Part shown: positions 59,325 through 60,268 of the stretch, one piece after another
Numbering within the stretch: position 1 is the stretch's first letter
Layout of the letters: the number at the start of each line of letters is the position of its first letter
Assembly: GCA_045593685.1 (NCBI GenBank)
Contig: JAZNXD010000021.1
Location: 1 to 60,268 of the forward strand
DNA length: 60,268 bases
From: Candidatus Enterousia sp.
GTDB lineage: Bacteria > Pseudomonadota > Alphaproteobacteria > Rs-D84
Direction: 5' to 3'
Notes under the pieces: model-generated
What the model was told of the DNA's origin: nothing
Databases searched by the model: none
The model's input: the letters and a program-made list of their open reading frames with translations, nothing else
Translations under genes and position numbers: made by a program

Positions 59325-59571
59325 ATGTTTTATGTCTATCTTATAAAAAGTATTTCCCATCCAGAACAAAAATACATCGGGCAAACTGGCGATTTAAAAA
59401 AAACGACTAACGCAACATAATGCAGGATATTCAATACATACGGCAAAATATAAACCTTGGGAATTGGTAAATTATTTTGCGTTTAGTTCAAAAGATTCAG
59501 CATTGGAATTTGAACGATATCTTAAAACAGGTTCCGGATATGCGTTCGCAAAAAAACATTTTTGGAAATAA
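59325..59571 (+). pseudogene. GIY-YIG (URI) nuclease family gene interrupted by a +1 frameshift in an A8 tract
   Basis: Frame 1 reads MFYVYLIKSISHPEQKYIGQTGDLKK. After the A-run at 59396-59403 the next frame reads RLTQHNAGYSIHTAKYKPWELVNYFAFSSKDSALEFERYLKTGSGYAFAKKHFWK*. Joined, this is a typical ~81-aa GIY-YIG protein. Confidence 0.7.
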
Positions 59572-59623
59572 TTTATCAAGGTTTCGTGCGCATCCCAGAG
59601 AGCAAAAATATAAACCTTTGGCG

Positions 59624-59675
59624 AGTTCGAAAGTTTAGTTTAGAAAAATTATGTCGTTATCCACACTTTCGAACT
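59624..59675. terminator. 11-bp perfect inverted repeat between the convergent GIY-YIG and HEPN genes
   Basis: AGTTCGAAAGT (59624-34) and ACTTTCGAACT (59665-75). The loop contains TTATCCACA. Confidence 0.4.
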
Positions 59676-60268
59676 ATTGTCTTCTTGTACGATTTGAAGC
59701 TTCTAAATCTATAGAATGCGCAGCTAGCATTCTATTATTTTGCTCTATTATGCTACACAATTTTTCAAAATTTTCAATACCATCAATATTTCTTGTAAAA
59801 AAATCAATTGCATCAGAAACGGTCTGAATTTGAACATCCTTATCTTTAAATGTCTGTTTGTATGTATCTATTTTACCTTGTTTAATCAAACATACATACT
59901 CCATGTATACATCATATACAATTTCAGATTTTATTTTGTCTATAACTTTATAAAAAAATTGCAAAATATTGTTTCCAAAATTTATGACATCCTGTCTTTT
60001 GGGATATATGCCATTATGCATTATTTTGTTTCGTATATCCATATTCCAAGCATTAAGATTTATAACATCTCCAAATCTCATAAAATATAATCCGTCAAAA
60101 AAACCGTATCTTCTTTCCGATAAACAGAGCCCATTTTTATTTAAATCAGCCTTTAGCCTTCGTTCATAGCATAATAAATCTATTACAAATTCAACAAACG
60201 CCTCTCTGGATTTTGCCAACAAAAAGACAGCTTCTGCATAATCCGCCGTCAAAAATCTTTCAACCGCA
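59674..60268 (-). CDS. HEPN-motif protein (putative defence/abortive-infection RNase), N-terminus probably beyond the window
   Basis: DIRNKIMHNG contains the canonical R-N-x3-H HEPN motif (codons 60033-60016). The frame is open up to the window end. Very AT-rich. Confidence 0.55.
   Translation of the reverse strand, partial: AVERFLTADYAEAVFLLAKSREAFVEFVIDLLCYERRLKADLNKNGLCLSERRYGFFDGLYFMRFGDVINLNAWNMDIRNKIMHNGIYPKRQDVINFGNNILQFFYKVIDKIKSEIVYDVYMEYVCLIKQGKIDTYKQTFKDKDVQIQTVSDAIDFFTRNIDGIENFEKLCSIIEQNNRMLAAHSIDLEASNRTRRQ

Noticed and set aside
59124-59384. 86-aa minus-strand ORF
   Set aside because: It runs antisense through tRNA-Gln and the post-tRNA hairpin.
59657-59665. Perfect DnaA-box consensus TTATCCACA
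   Set aside because: It is a single isolated box inside a terminator-like loop. There is no cluster, no AT-rich unwinding repeats and no origin-linked genes, so I do not call it oriC.
1-60268. CRISPR arrays, rRNA genes, IS elements, integrases or prophage modules
   Set aside because: Reading through both strands showed no regularly spaced repeats, no rRNA-like sequence, and no transposase, integrase or recombinase motifs in any sizeable ORF.

Overview
This 60.3-kb window looks alphaproteobacterial and host-associated. The evidence is a GapR/DUF2312 protein, a short editing-domain-less ProRS, an olsB-olsA pair and SPOR-tailed periplasmic proteins. It is moderately AT-rich and densely coding. 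Most of it is housekeeping on the minus strand. That includes proS, olsBA, mltB, adk, rpsA and rpmF-plsX. It also includes the tRNA-Trp-secE-nusG-rplKAJL-rpoBC superoperon, yidC-lspA, a CPA2 antiporter and rsmA-recR. A PBP5-type carboxypeptidase, pyk, gyrA, ppdK, a phosphate acyltransferase and a marR-tolC-adaptor-RND efflux operon complete the minus-strand set. Plus-strand housekeeping genes are a PLD lipoprotein, hemW, an M13 peptidase, mraZ, gapR with an RNHCP protein, and rpmH. Three genes too short for the ORF track were read by hand: rpmF (17178-17327), secE (28915-29094) and rpmH (48808-48960). I also found two tRNAs (Trp-CCA, Gln-UUG), a frameshifted GIY-YIG gene and a 5' edge-truncated secreted protein. 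Two regions look accessory. The first is a plus-strand block of about 7 kb (29.4-36.4 kb) between tRNA-Trp and yidC. It carries an orphan VirB8/VirB9/VirB10-like type IV secretion core trio with unusual domain additions, two unknown small proteins, a structured RNA candidate of about 200 nt and an AT-rich GT2 glycosyltransferase. The second is an AT-rich patch after tRNA-Gln (59.2-60.3 kb) with the GIY-YIG pseudogene and a HEPN-motif protein cut by the window end. I saw no rRNA, CRISPR array, transposase or integrase. All function calls come from reading motifs in the translations. No database search was run.
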